Positions 26,760 through 40,511 are shown, counted from the first letter of the stretch. The stretch: DNA of 64,000 nucleotides from Octopus sinensis (GCF_006345805.1 NC_043012.1:38936001-39000000); one strand, 5' to 3'. Numbers and translations: made by a program. Notes: generated by a model from the sequence alone, not told the origin.

Positions 26760-27158
26760 TTTTTGCTTGTTCCAATTATTAGACTGCAGCAATGCCTTGA
26801 AGAATTTTAGTTCACAATGCATAATTTTAAAGCCTGGTGTTTATTCCATCGCCTCTTTTGACAAGCCGTTATACTGCGGGGCCATAACCCCACCAACACC
26901 GGGTATCATGCGATGATAGGACGTAAGTACCAGCACATACATATATATATATACGTACACACACACTCAAACACTCACACACTCACACACACACACGCAC
27001 ATATACTTACCGGGGGTTTCTTACAGTTTCCGTCAACCAGCTCCACTGACAAGACTTTGGTCGGGTCGAGGTAGTAGAAGAAACTTACTCAAGATGCCAC
27101 GTAGTGGGACTGAACTCGGAACCATGTAGCTTGGAAACAAGCCTCTTACCACACACCT
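26760..27158 (-). mobile_element. SINE family A
   Basis: Reverse-complement head (agtgggactgaac..gaaccatg) at 27011-27158 and 3' module (aaagcctggt..ttattc.atcg.ctcttttg..aa.ccg) at 26760-26930. Confidence 0.8.
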
Positions 27159-28925
27159 GTGTGTGTGAGCATGTATGTTTATATATATTAATTTCTATGA
27201 ATATATATTTATATAAATGTGCATGTATTTATGCCTGTATATAGATATGTGCATTTATGTATGTAAATATGTGTGTATGCATGTATGCATGTATGTATAC
27301 ACATATATATGCCAAGAATCGACAGAGAGAGATATTTGAAAAGAAAAGAAGACAGAGAGTGAGGGAGAGAGAGAGAGCAGTCAAGTGAAAAAGTGAGGTG
27401 AACGGAAGGCGGCCGTGATAGCAACAGTAACTTATATCCATACATACAAACATATATATTACACATATACACCTACATACGTACATAAGCACACACATAC
27501 AACCACATACCCACAGGTATACTTTACACACATACACACGTATTCTATACATGTACAAACACATACATGTATATTATACATTATACACACCCATTTATAC
27601 AGGATGCAATACACAAGTACTTCATAACACTGAGTGGAAAACCAATGGCAGACAGTGAATGATATTTAGTGTAAGAGTAGTGAAAATTGAGCGAAGTAGT
27701 GGAAGAGATACACCAGGGACGAGTTTGCACATCGACCTTCGTAATTTATAAGCATGCCAGCGGTTTTAAAGACTCTGGCAATCTAAGAGATATGACGGAT
27801 TAGTTTCACCGTCTCTAAACAAGATGGCCGACTCGTTGGTCAATGTGTCAAAATCCGACATGTTTGTTAGAAGAGATAAGATGATGGGAAATATTACTGA
27901 CGGCTTCCTACAGACACCGTGACTCGCTGTTGCTATGGCAGAACAATTATATAAGACGGCGTAATCGACAACTGTATAGACTGTGTTGTAGGCACAGAAA
28001 TACACGCACAGTATCACATACAGTCACATACAGTCACACACACACATATCTAGACATGTGTATGTGCGTGTGTGTTTGTGTGTATGTGTGCGACAGAGAG
28101 AGACAGAGAGAGGGTTTGTGTGTATTGATTTACGTTATGAACGCACCAATTTATAGACCCTAATGCATACAGTTATAAGTGATTCTGTAATCAAGATGTA
28201 CTCACAATGTACTTACTGTACGCTTGCATGTATGTATGTGCACACACATACACACACATTATAGGCAAATAGCAACAGACGTAACACACAAACCCTCACA
28301 TATATACGCCCACATAGATACATACATGCACATACACACATGCGCGCGCGCTAAGGTAGCTGAACGGTTTGACGCAAGACAAAGAAATATTTATACATAT
28401 ATCAATATATATCTATGTGTGTGTCTTCTATATATACAATCTTCACTACAGGATAAATTACTTTGCTTTTAGTAGAAGACAATGCACAGTATTCCGAACA
28501 TCAGCTTTCATAAATACTGGTGAAAACGGAATCAATTTTCGTGGTGTTACATGACTGATATACACCGGTCATTGCGGGATATTTTAAAGTAACTTTTCAG
28601 GTATTTGCAGATACAAACCGAATATCCATCTATGGTAGCAATACGTATAAATATTTAGAATGAAATACAGCAGCATTCAGAATTTATAGCAAAATACTGA
28701 GTGGCAGTCTCTTAAATATTTCTCACAATGACAAATACTTCGTAGGAAAAAAAAGAAGAAGCATACGATGTGAATATTCTTTGAACGTATCATCGTCTGC
28801 AAGAAAGAATTCGCAAGAAACAGGAGGAGTACAAGAGTGTGTGTATAATGCATAGAAATATACAGATAGCTTAAAGGGACAGGCATATGATAAATTATGA
28901 ATAGACATAAATCAATGTATGTATG

Positions 28926-28988
<63 letters not shown>

Positions 28989-29005
28989 GTATATATATGT
29001 ATATA

Positions 29006-29087
<82 letters not shown>

Positions 29088-29088
29088 G

Positions 29089-29126
<38 letters not shown>

Positions 29127-30004
29127 CTTAGAATAACTTAGAAAGATTTTGGCCAGTATTGACCCTGGCCATGTCTAACTAATGTATATATATACATTCT
29201 TTCGTTTTTGGATGCAGAAGTATATAGGCATATGGATATGAAATTAAACAGATTAACATACAGACTGATAGATACATAGGTTATATGAACAGACAAGCAC
29301 ACATACACAAATGGCGAGTGAAACACATGACCATATATACACACACACTTTACTTCACACGAGGACACGTACGGAGACACTCGTCCACACATCTGGAGGT
29401 GCACATCCATGCATACAAAGACGGTACATAATTGCAAAACATGCACACAGACACTCACTCAGACATGCACACGCAATAAGACAAAGGTTCATACACACAT
29501 ATACCAACACACACACACACGCAAACACATGTATACGCATAATACATACATGCAAATATAAACACATACATATATACATATGCACACACACAATACATGC
29601 ATACACACACATGCATGCATATATACATAAATACATACGTACATACATACGTACATACATAAATACATACATACGTACATACATACATACATACATACAT
29701 ACATACATACATACATACATACATACATACATACATACATACATACATGCCTGTGTAGGCACACACTAACCCACACATGCGCATAAATAACCAAAGAGGA
29801 ACGCAGTGTAAATAACGGACAGAGTCAAAACTATTGAAAAGGTTGCAAGGCGCAACAAAAATTTTAGAAAAAATAAATAAGGAAATGAGTGGAACTCAGA
29901 CCGGTGAGTGTGTTAAATTAATTAAGGCACCAAAAGAGAATGACCCTCCCCAGACACAGCAGTTTATACTTATACATACGTACATATATAAATATGTATA
30001 TACT

Positions 30005-30370
30005 CTTTTATTCTTTTACTTGTTTCAGTCATTTGACTGTGGCCATGCTAGAGTACCGGGTTTAGTCGAGGAAATCGACCCCAGAGCTTATTCCTTGTAA
30101 GCCTAGTACTTATTCTAACGTCACCTTTGCCGAACCCTTTAGTTACGGGAACGTAAATACACCACCATCGGTTGTCAGGCGATGCTGGGGGGGGGGGACA
30201 AACACAGACACACAAACCCACACACATATATATACATATATACGACAGGCTTCTTTCAGTTTCCGTCTACCAAATCCACTCACAAGGCTTTAGTCGGTCC
30301 GAGGCCATGGCAGAAAACACTTGCCGAAGGTGCCACGCAGTGGCCGTGTGGTAAGCATCTTGCTTACCAT
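30005..30370 (-). mobile_element. SINE family A
   Basis: cttttacttgtttcagtcatttgactg.ggccatgct ... ggcttctttcagtttccgtctaccaaatccactcacaaggcttt. Confidence 0.9.
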
Positions 30371-30371
30371 G

Positions 30372-30785
30372 AACGTAAAACATCCAGAATGTTAGATGAT
30401 ACAAAAAAGCGACAACAAAACATCAAGACAGATGGTATAAAAGGGAGACAAGAATAAACACGGATGGATCATTCAAAGTTTTCTTTCCTCAGTCGAGTTC
30501 CAGATTATCTTTGCAACCTCGGCTGGTTATACTCGAGATTGCTCCAATCTTGCCAGCCCCAGAGGAAAACTAAACTAAGAGCATTAGATTACTTGGAAGA
30601 AAACTGCGAATGTATACGAAAACAAAGACGAAAAAAAGAAACGAAGAAGTGGTACACAAATACAAAAACAAATAACAGGACATAACAACAGGTGTTTTTC
30701 GACTAAGTACGATTAAATTAAGCTAGCGTTTGTGAACATGAAGCCCTACGACAGGGACATAAGAAATGACAGGCATGGGGAGGAA
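30372..30785 (+). repeat. Unclassified interspersed repeat; partial second copy at 31455-31610
   Basis: agaca.atg.ta.aaaa...aaacacgga.ggatcattc.aagttttctttcctcag shared by both loci. Confidence 0.55.
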
Positions 30786-31051
30786 TATAGATGTTGCACG
30801 GATGGTGGTCGAACCAAGATAGGAAGGTCAGGCTTGAGAGGGGAGAGAGGTAGAGCCATAGGTAGAAAATAATTAGGGAGGGACGAGAAAGAGAGGGAGA
30901 GCGTGAAGTGAAAGAAGAGGGAAGGTGAGAATGAAGTGAAAGGCAGGAAATGTGAGAGAAGGGGAACGAAAGAAAGAAGAGTGGAAAGAACGAAGTAAGT
31001 GTGAAGTGGTTGATAGAAAGAAAGAAAGAAAGAATGAGAGAGTCGTAGAGC

Positions 31052-31086
<35 letters not shown>

Positions 31087-31103
31087 TATATATATATATA
31101 TGA

Positions 31104-31130
<27 letters not shown>

Positions 31131-31134
<4 letters not shown>

Positions 31135-31453
31135 GAGCCGCAATGGTCCAGTGGTTAGAGCAGCAGACCCGCGATCGTAGGATCGCGGTTTCGTTTCGCA
31201 GACCTGGCGTTGTGAGTGTTTATTGAGCGAAAACACCTAAAGCTCCACGATGCTCCGGCAGGAGGTGGGGAGCAGTTGGCGATCCCTGCTGTAAACTTTC
31301 GCTACAACTTTCTCTCACTCTTTCTTCTGTTGGCCTGCTCGCTTAGCCAGCAGGGTGGCGTCATTTGAAGGCTAAAACAGTGCGAAGCGCATTGTGATCA
31401 GCGATGTGTAGCAACATCTGATCGCCTGGCCGGTCACGGTGATCACGGTGATG
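31131..31453 (+). mobile_element. Modular SINE: head C plus tail T2
   Basis: Collinear with the reverse complement of 12353-12652; ends in ggtcacggtgatcacggtgat. Confidence 0.9.
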
Positions 31454-31637
31454 TGTATATGTGCTTACATGTAAAAGACCAAAGTGTACGTACGCCGCTA
31501 TATATACATAAAAAGTCATACAAAAAAGGACAACAAAGCATCCAGACAAATGATACAAAAGAGGAACAGGAAAAAACACGGACGGATCATTCGAAGTTTT
31601 CTTTCCTCAGAGAGAGAGAAAGACAGAGAGAGAGAGG

Positions 31638-31688
<51 letters not shown>

Positions 31689-32036
31689 TAGTGGCCAACA
31701 AGGCACCAATGTTTACTGGAAATAGCAGTCGATAAATTTACGCCGCTATAGTAAAGCTTCACTTTCTATGTGCGTATGTACAAATGTAAATATGCTTAAA
31801 TACATAAACGCACACGTTTCGTGTTTTTATTCCTCCTCCACAATATGCATTAATTTCAGCAATCAAGGTAGAACCTATTCACGTCTCTGGTTTCCATGGA
31901 GAGTCGTTCCAGTGCTGATTATTTAAGAAACACCAGCATTGGCGGAGGTTTTTGAAGTAAACCTTCCAATGGCGTCACAGTTACCCGTAAACACCCTGAA
32001 ATTACTTACTTCATACGATCTAAACAAACGTGCACA

Positions 32037-32106
<70 letters not shown>

Positions 32107-32453
32107 CATACTTTGTTTATAGTAGAAGGTTTATGTAAACAAATATAATCGAACCTTCATCTACTGATATTATGAATGACGTTATATGATGAAGGAAATT
32201 GCTGTATACAGAGCTCGGAATGTTTACAGGGATATTGTGACGCCATAGGAATTTTTACATTAACAAATTCCGCCAACGCTGGTGTGTTTCTCCACCAATC
32301 AGCGCTCGAATCTTTGTCGATGGAAGCTGCCGGCTTGAATATGAGCTCTACTACCCCATCCGTTGGCTAGAACTAATGTATAATGCATTTGAATTATATA
32401 TATATATGTGAGTATGGGTGGGTGCGCGTGTGTGTGTGTGTGTGTGTGTGTGT

Positions 32454-32484
<31 letters not shown>

Positions 32485-32494
32485 GTTAGAATTT

Positions 32495-32635
32495 ACAAAA
32501 AAAAATCAAATGACGAGGACGGGTGTGTAAACAACAACCAGATGTATTCGTTTAACGCTCGGAAAGTGAGTAAGTCTTTTACGTTTCGAGCCTACGCCCT
32601 TCAACAGAAAGGAATACAGAAATAAACAGAAAATG
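32495..32635 (-). mobile_element. Short PLE-like repeat with hammerhead-like motif (copy 3, best preserved)
   Basis: Minus strand CUUU-CUGUUGA-A-GGGC-GUAG-GCUC-GAAAC-GUA/AAAG at 32575-32612. Confidence 0.75.
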
Positions 32636-32732
32636 GCAAAGGTTTAGTGGCTAGTGGTCAATCATGGTGAATGATATATGTATGTGTATATATATATATG
32701 TATATGTATATGTATATGTATATATATATGTG

Positions 32733-32787
<55 letters not shown>

Positions 32788-33967
32788 ATATTACAGGTGT
32801 GGCTGTTTGGTAAGAAGTTCACTTCTCAGCCACGTGGCTGTGCGTGAGTTTACACTTTGATATCATATGGTTCTATCTTGTTTATATTGAATGAGTTTTT
32901 AGTGTCAATAGTTTCCAACCAGTATTTAACAGCAGCTGCAGGTTATAAATGCATCTTTGGTTATTACTATTATTGTTAAAGTAAGGTGCTATAAACTGTT
33001 ACTTCTAACACGGCGTAGATGTTATCAATTTGAACCTTATTATATTTAATAGGAGTTTCTTATCTCAATCTACACCGTGCTATATTACTTCTCATAAAAT
33101 ATTGTTATAATATCAATATCTGTTCATAGAGTTTTGTCTTTCTTTTCCAATATTTCTGTCTCTTTCCATCTTTCAATATTTCAATTTTAGAGTTGTTATC
33201 ATTAAACCCTTCATCGTTGTTTTTATCTGTTATCATTTTTATCTCATTGCAACACATTGTTCTTATAGCTACAGTTTGTTATCTCAACATCAGCCCTTTA
33301 TACAACTGTTATCAATGTTTCTTTTAGATCTCTTGTTTGTATCTATTGGTTTTATCATTGCTATAACAGCTATCTCTTATCATTTAAGTTTTCACCCTCT
33401 TCAACAAATATTTTCTCTAGTGTTGTTCTTTTAATATAAATTATATTATAATAAACGTCATCTTCATCGGCTCACCCGTTTTCCTTCAGTTTTTGGTGAA
33501 CATCATTATCAGTAAATCCACCGTTGTGTGTCGATGAAGGTGATCATCAGAAGAATAGGATAATCCTAGGGTATATCACATTTGCTTTAATAGATAAATA
33601 AACACTGCTTTAAGGCTGTAAAGTGGAACGAAACGAAAAAATATGAACTGAGAAAAGACAGACAAAATAATCCTTCCACATCGGAATGATTACATTTTTT
33701 GAAACATGTTTATTATTATTTTATTGAAACTTCTAGAGATGTTGTACATCGTGCAGTACGGTGGTTTATGTGTGTGCTGATGATTGTTCTTGTTATTGTT
33801 GCAAGTGTTATTGTGGTTTAATCACTACAACATTTATACTTACATCTTTCAGGTCTAGTTCCTTCTTAATACCTGACTTTAATATAGAAATCCAACAAGT
33901 GAGTCATTTTCTTTCATGTTATCGTCATTTTCTGGGCTCCCACTGTTACTATTTTAGTAGTTTCGAT

Positions 33968-34270
33968 CAGCCTGGTGGCTGCGATATATGCGGTTCACGA
34001 TCGTAAAGTCATGAGTTCAATTCCCGGCGACGTGTTGTGTCCTTGGGCAAGACACGTTGCTCCAGTCCTCTCTGCTGGCAAAAATGAGTAACATCTGTAT
34101 TTCAAAGAGCCACCCTTATCATACTCTGTGTCAGGCTGAGTTTCCATAAGTATTACGTTAATGGTACACGTGTCTGTGGAGTGCTCAGTTACATGCACGT
34201 TAATTTCACGAGCAGTCTGTTCCGTTGATCGGATGAACTGGAACCGTCGTTGTCGTAACAGAGAGTACCA
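33968..34270 (+). mobile_element. Modular SINE: head D plus tail T1
   Basis: tgtgtccttgggcaagacacgttgctccagtcc..ctggcaaaaatgagtaac, then ctgtatttcaaag.gcc...gtacacgtgtctgtggagtgctcag as in 18245-18420. Confidence 0.85.
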
Positions 34271-34519
34271 GACCGAACCTAAACCAGGAATAGTTTGGTG
34301 AGTTTGCAAAAAGAAAAAAATAAATTTATCTAAAAACTGCTTTCCACAAATAAACTTAGGTTACCATATCAGTAATGGAAAATAAAAGTTTGTGAGGATG
34401 AATCAGTTAGATTCCACTGTGTCATGATAAAATAAGATTTGTAAAGATGAAATGTGAATGAGGTTATTCTAGGATCCTAAATGATTTTCAATTTATTATA
34501 CTTTATAATAAATAAATGC

Positions 34520-34757
34520 GCCCTTTTAAAGCCTAACCAGGCTCATGGGCCCGGTTTCCCGGTTTCAATGGCGTATGTGTTCCCCAGCTGGACGGGACGC
34601 CAGTCCATCGCAGCGTTACTCCTTTTTGCCAGCTGAGTGGACTGGAGTAACGTAAAATGAAGTATTTTGCTCAAGAACACAACACGTCGCCCCGTCCAGG
34701 AATCGAAACCACAATCTTACGATCATGATGCTGACACCCTAACTACCATGCCACGCT
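34520..34757 (-). mobile_element. Modular SINE: head D plus tail T3
   Basis: Reverse complement has Pol III-like head ggtttcgattcctggac, CORE-like ctccagtccactcagctggcaaaaa and tail ctgcgatggactggcgtcccgtccag...gaaaccgggaaaccgggccc. Confidence 0.9.
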
Positions 34758-35274
34758 TATACTTTACTGAAGATAGAAAATATGAACTTTATGCGTGTAG
34801 AGGGTGATATTAAGCAGCTCGATTTGTACCTGTGTGGTTTCAGGTTCAGTCCCACTGCACAGCACATTGGACACGCTACCTTCTACTGTAGCCCCAGGTC
34901 AACAAATATTTTGTAAGTGAATTTCGTAGACAGAAATTTTGTTCAAACTCGTCGTAAATATATAAATAAATGAATAAATAAATGAATGAATGAATGAATG
35001 AATGAATGAATGAATGAATATATAGGAAGAAGAAAATGGAGACCGTGAAGTTTATTAACAACAAATCGATCATTATGCCTTATTAACTCTTATCGAATTC
35101 ACAATCTTCATTTTCTTCTTTTTCTCTACATCAATATAAACTTTAGTGTATATACTTACCTATTATTTTAAGGAAATCAATTCCTCCAGAATATTAGGTA
35201 TTGAACCAGTATTTCCTGGGATGACGTCATCTATTCATGAAGCTACCATAACCTCTAACTGAACACACACACAC

Positions 35275-35329
<55 letters not shown>

Positions 35330-35334
35330 TCCTA

Positions 35335-35650
35335 ACGCACAAAACCACTCGTGAACTTGTGTTTTGCTCATGGCAGCGTCCTTTGAAGCTGTTTGAAGCA
35401 TGACAACGTTTTCGGCCGCCGTTTTTCCCAGAAGGAAACAGAATTTCACCGAAGCACGTTGTTCGTTCGTTTCATCCGTCGCAAAAATCGACGAACAGGG
35501 GAGGAGCACTGCAAAACAAAGTCGCACCACGTTGCAGTACGACCTCAATAGACGACGGAATCGGTAGACTAATGCCTGAGGGTCGCATCAAGTAGCTTCT
35601 AGCGGCGTAAGCCTGATCTACAGCGGGCTTATCCCACAGAGAATGCTGAC
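35335..35650 (-). mobile_element. Mariner transposon 5' fragment (HTH region)
   Basis: EQRASVKFCFLLGKTAAENVVMLQTASKDAAMSKTQVHEWF is a typical mariner N-terminus. Confidence 0.8.
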
Positions 35651-35654
35651 TTTA

Positions 35655-36525
35655 GTATACTTGAAGGTGCTTTCCTGCCACCTCGTGAATGTGCCATCGA
35701 AGTATTTTTAAATGAGTGGCCATTATCCTTGTTACAACCTCTTTCATTTTCTTCAGCTTCGGGAACGAACAAAAGTTAAAAGGAGTACCGACAGATCAGT
35801 AAGGACGAGGGGTAGTTTTGATGCCCATATCGATCAGGTAGTTGGTTACCAGGATGGGACTGTGGACTGGTGCACTGTTCTGCTGTGGGTGCCACGGACC
35901 TGAGCAGAAGAAAACCGTCTTTATGCGTTGGCACATTGAAACTCTCAATAACGTACTCTTTGTTGGCCGTCTGGAATCCATAGAGGTATATGATGACGCG
36001 TCTGTGGAAAAAAAGCCGGATAACCACGAGCTTTCCGGTGGACTCACATTTCCTGGCCTCTTGTTCAGGTGGAAAAAAATTCTCGGTTCATACAAGCAAA
36101 TCCTTAAGGATTTCGAAGCATTCCATAAGTGTTTACAGCATTTTTGTCCAGATTAACACAAAGTTTTTCTGTTTAATGAGCTTGCAAATTGTTTTGGCAA
36201 CCCTCTCCATACAATATTAATGACAGCATGGAAGACATCAATACTGTACGAAGACGGCTGTGAAACGGCCGTAACGCTTAGGAAGTTACGTATGTCACGT
36301 GGTAAAATATATGTTCACCGCCCATAAACTCTGACTTTGTGGTTTTGTATACTCCTCATGATATAATTTCATCGATCGATCTGATCTTCTGGCGTTTATA
36401 TTACATTAACAATCCATATTAGACTTCTTTGTCATAGAATGTAATGTCGACTGTTAGCCGATTCCGAAAGAAGAGCTTTTTGTGATAGCCACAAGATTCT
36501 CTGGATCCATTGCTTTATAGAACTC
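35655..36525 (-). mobile_element. Decayed mariner transposon with frameshifted catalytic-domain remnant
   Basis: Frame-split motifs GQTxNKEYY-like (QTANKEYVIE) and QNSAPVHSPILVTNYLIDMGIKT.P.PY. Catalytic aspartates are not intact. Confidence 0.75.
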
Positions 36526-37137
36526 ATTATGTGTGTGTGTGTGTGTGTGCATGTGCGCGTGGGTGCAGGGGTGTGGATGCATGTCAACAAGGAAAGCCAT
36601 TCTAAGACACAAATGCATTGCAATTGTCATCATAGGTGATAGTAATCAACTGTGAACAAGAGAAAGTAAAGAAGACAAGAGAGAGAGAGAGGGGGGAGTG
36701 GGAGAGGGAGAGAGAGTGAAGGAAGATAAATACTGGGGAAGCGTTTGTGAGGAGAAGAAGCTTGGAAACTACGTCATCGCTGTTACGTGTGTGAATGTCT
36801 GTAAATGTATGAATGGATGAGAAGAAGGTAGGAGGAAATGGTAGGGGGAGTATAAGAAGCGTGTAGAAAAGAGTGAGGGGAGAGAGTGAAAGGTGGAGTG
36901 AGTGAGTGAGGGGGTGTTTAAAAAGAAAAAGTGAAGATGGTCAAAAGGAAAGAAGGATTCCGGTGAATGAAATTGAGTTGCGAACGAAGAAGAATAAAAA
37001 TGAAGTAAAAGGAAGTCAACGAAAATGAAGTAAGAAAGAAATGAAGAAATATAGAATGAAAGGGAGAGAGAAAGAGAGGAGATAAGTGTGAAGAAAGAAA
37101 GAGGGAACAAGGGGTGAAGAGGAAAAAGAAGATAAGT

Positions 37138-37174
<37 letters not shown>

Positions 37175-37703
37175 AAAAATGAAAGAAGGGGAGAAGCGAA
37201 TGAAAGAGAGAAATTAATAAAGACGAGTGAGTTAGAAATGTGGGAAGGAAAGACGGAAGGAATTTTGCGGAGAAAACTGTGGAAAGAAATTAGAAAAGCA
37301 AAACTAAAGAGAAACAAAAATTATAAGAAAAAAACAATTGTAGTTTTACTCCTCTCCCTCCTCCCATTCCCCCTCCCACTCCTCCTCTTATGTATTATCA
37401 AATATGGCGGCGGTGTTGATCGGGATTTTTACAAATACTTCTTTATTTCACTGATATTGATTCACTGTTGTGCTCTTCTAAGACCATTAAAATTCTAACA
37501 GACGACTATTTGGCCATCGCATCCAGCACTATGCACACACGCACACGGTTCTATGTGTATATATGTGTGTGTGTAAGTGTGTGTGTGCTTATGTATGTAT
37601 AGACACACATATATGTACATACATTTCCGTGTGCTTGTGACTATATGTATATGTATATAATATATACATATACATGTATATATATAATGTAATATATATA
37701 TAT

Positions 37704-37746
<43 letters not shown>

Positions 37747-37889
37747 GATATATATAATATATATAATATATACATATGCATATGTATATATATGTATATG
37801 TGTTTATATATATTATATTATATATATATATACATATACATATATATATAATTTAAACATATATATACATTTGCATATGTATATGTATG

Positions 37890-37930
<41 letters not shown>

Positions 37931-37932
37931 TG

Positions 37933-37965
<33 letters not shown>

Positions 37966-38109
37966 TACATATATATATATATATCGATTTCTTTGACAAC
38001 AGAATCAGAGGCAAGAAATTGATTAAAATTGCCACAATTAGAATAAATAAATGGACGAGTGTGGAGAGGGTGAAAAAAATATTCTGGTAATAATAATGGA
38101 ATATAATCA

Positions 38110-38187
<78 letters not shown>

Positions 38188-38473
38188 AGTAGTAGTAGTA
38201 GTAGTAGTAGCAGCGGCATTTATATGGGGTAATAATAAAAATATGAAGCGGACGTAAAAGAATCCGAATAAAGAGTGTATTTGCATTGGAATCAAAGGAA
38301 TGCCATAGTTTTTAGATTCCTTTAATTCTCTCCGTCTCGCAGCTTACCATTTCGTCTGTGTCCGTGTCTCCCGGTTATTGCCGTCTCTGCTCAGATATTT
38401 CTAACCCTTCACCCATTCTGTCGTCTTTGTCAATCTCTTTCTTTCTCTCTTTCTCTCTCTGTCTCGTTCACTC

Positions 38474-38597
38474 TGTGTCTTTCTTTTTTACTATTATTTT
38501 GGTATGTTTACCTATATATACATATATAAATATATATATATGTATATATGTATATATAGGTAAACATACCAAAATAATAGTAAAAAAGAAAGACACA
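38474..38597. repeat. 124-bp near-perfect palindrome (62-bp arms, no loop, 1 mismatch)
   Basis: tgtgtctttcttttttactattattttggtatgtttacctatatatacatatata..(TA)5..tatatatgtatatataggtaaacataccaaaataatagtaaaaaagaaagacaca; only 38529/38542 mismatches. Confidence 0.97.
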
Positions 38598-38619
38598 TAT
38601 ATATATATTATATATATAT

Positions 38620-38651
<32 letters not shown>

Positions 38652-38672
38652 ATAAATATATATATACACACA

Positions 38673-38784
<112 letters not shown>

Positions 38785-39056
38785 CACACACACACATATA
38801 TACGTACATAGTGTATATACATATATGTATGTGTACATATATATATGAATATGTATATATATATACATACATATACATATGCACAATAGATACGTACATA
38901 CATACATATGTGTGTGTGTGTGTAGATGTAGGGATATGTATGTGAATATGTCTACGTTTGAGTGTCTATGTTTGCTGTATTAAAAACACTGCTAGTAATA
39001 CATACGACAGAAACAAAACTCAAACAGCAACAATACTACTACTACTTCTACTGTTG

Positions 39057-39152
<96 letters not shown>

Positions 39153-39750
39153 TATTTTATGGCTGCGGATATGGAACATTGTCAGTAATGTAAGAAATTA
39201 TTACAAAATCTAAAACTTATATAAATGAAATATAAGATAAAAAAAGATATAATATAAAATAAAAATTAGATAACGGAACGTGATGCTGAGAGGCAAACAC
39301 AACCGGGGTGGTGGTGTTAGGTGTAGGCACTGAAGATGGCCGCCTTCCGGTTATATTTAACAGCGATAGAAGAAGTAGATATTGTAAAACCTCGACTATA
39401 TATGAGAAGTTGAATTCTCAAAGCTGAAAACCGAAGGAATTTGTGTAGCAACGACATACTACCAAAGCTTTCTACCAAAATTGACCAACAACTTATGTCA
39501 GATGACACCTGCTCATTTGTAGTCGCACAAATCAGATAATTCTGATAGCGAAAGACCTACAGTGAGAAAAACTAGGCGAGACATTTTTGCCGCATCGCTC
39601 TATGTAGACGTTTGGCACGGAAGGGTTACTTTGACTCGGGCAACTCGCACAACCGGATAATGTTGATTATTGAAGAAAGATACACAGAAAAATGATGACC
39701 ACTGGTTTTCCGACTTTATAAAACCCACTCATAAAATAAAAGTTAAAGAA

Positions 39751-39866
39751 AGGCGCAGGCGTAGCTGTGTAGAGGCGCAGGTATGGCTGTGTGCAGGCGT
39801 GGACGTGACTTTCTGGAGGTGCAGGCGTGACAGTGCTGTAAGGAGCATGCTTCCCAACATAGTTCC
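39751..39866 (+). repeat. Four tandem 22-bp copies of the SINE-A 5' terminus running into a truncated SINE-A head
   Basis: aggcgcaggcgtagctgtgtag / aggcgcaggtatggctgtgtgc / aggcgtggacgtgactttctgg / aggtgcaggcgtgacagtgctg then taaggagcatgcttcccaac. Confidence 0.6.
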
Positions 39867-39989
39867 ACGTATAAATATACTCGCTTAAGCTAATAGATAC
39901 CTTTTAAGCATCTGTACCCGAATGGGAAGATCTGAAAACAGATCTCTGACTTGTTTTAGTGAATTTGTTGCACTTGTTTCCTCCAAAAT

Positions 39990-40395
39990 CATATCCTAAT
40001 GACGATCATCGCAAAAAATCATGTAAAAAAATCGCCGGAAACAATCGCAGTTGGAATCCACAATTTCAGGTTTTGAGGTCCGGGTTCGGCCTTGAATGTT
40101 TTTAATTTACACGCGAAGTTAGGCTTTAGATTATAAAAATTGTTATTGTACTAAAAAAATTGTCGCAAAAGTCACTTAAAAACTCGCCGAAAACAATCAC
40201 AGGAATGAAATCCTGGGGATCCCAAGTCCCCGGAATGTGGGTCTGGCTTCGGCCCGGAATATTTTCAATTTATTCACGGAGTCAGCCTGATTTCAAAATG
40301 GTATGATATGTTAGGCTACGGCGTCTAGGAGTAAAGTTGAAGAAGTGTGACACACTGACACGCAGAAAGTAGTTTTCGCATTTCGTATATTATAT
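39990..40395 (+). mobile_element. Possible non-autonomous Helentron/DINE-like element with an internal degenerate tandem duplication
   Basis: Two diverged ~165-bp units starting aaaaa(a/c)tcgccg.aaacaatc.cag; 3' end gtgacacactgacacgcag...tttcgcattt.gtatatta resembles HINE/DINE termini. Confidence 0.4.
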
Positions 40396-40436
40396 TATAT
40401 TATATTATATATATATATATACATACATACATATAA

Positions 40437-40467
<31 letters not shown>

Positions 40468-40511
40468 ATATATATATATTATATTATATTATATATATAT
40501 ATATTATATAT

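Noticed and set aside
26783-26921. Phase-compatible second exon for the 24895 start (DCSNALKNFSSQCIILKPG...)
   Set aside because: It is the antisense 3' module of a SINE-A copy and has stops before the gtaagt donor; at most an exonisation candidate
31926-32292. Short inverted repeat (aaacaccagcattggcgga / tccgccaacgctggtgtgttt) around a (CA)n tract
   Set aside because: Only about 20 bp with an indel and no TSD; insufficient to call a MITE
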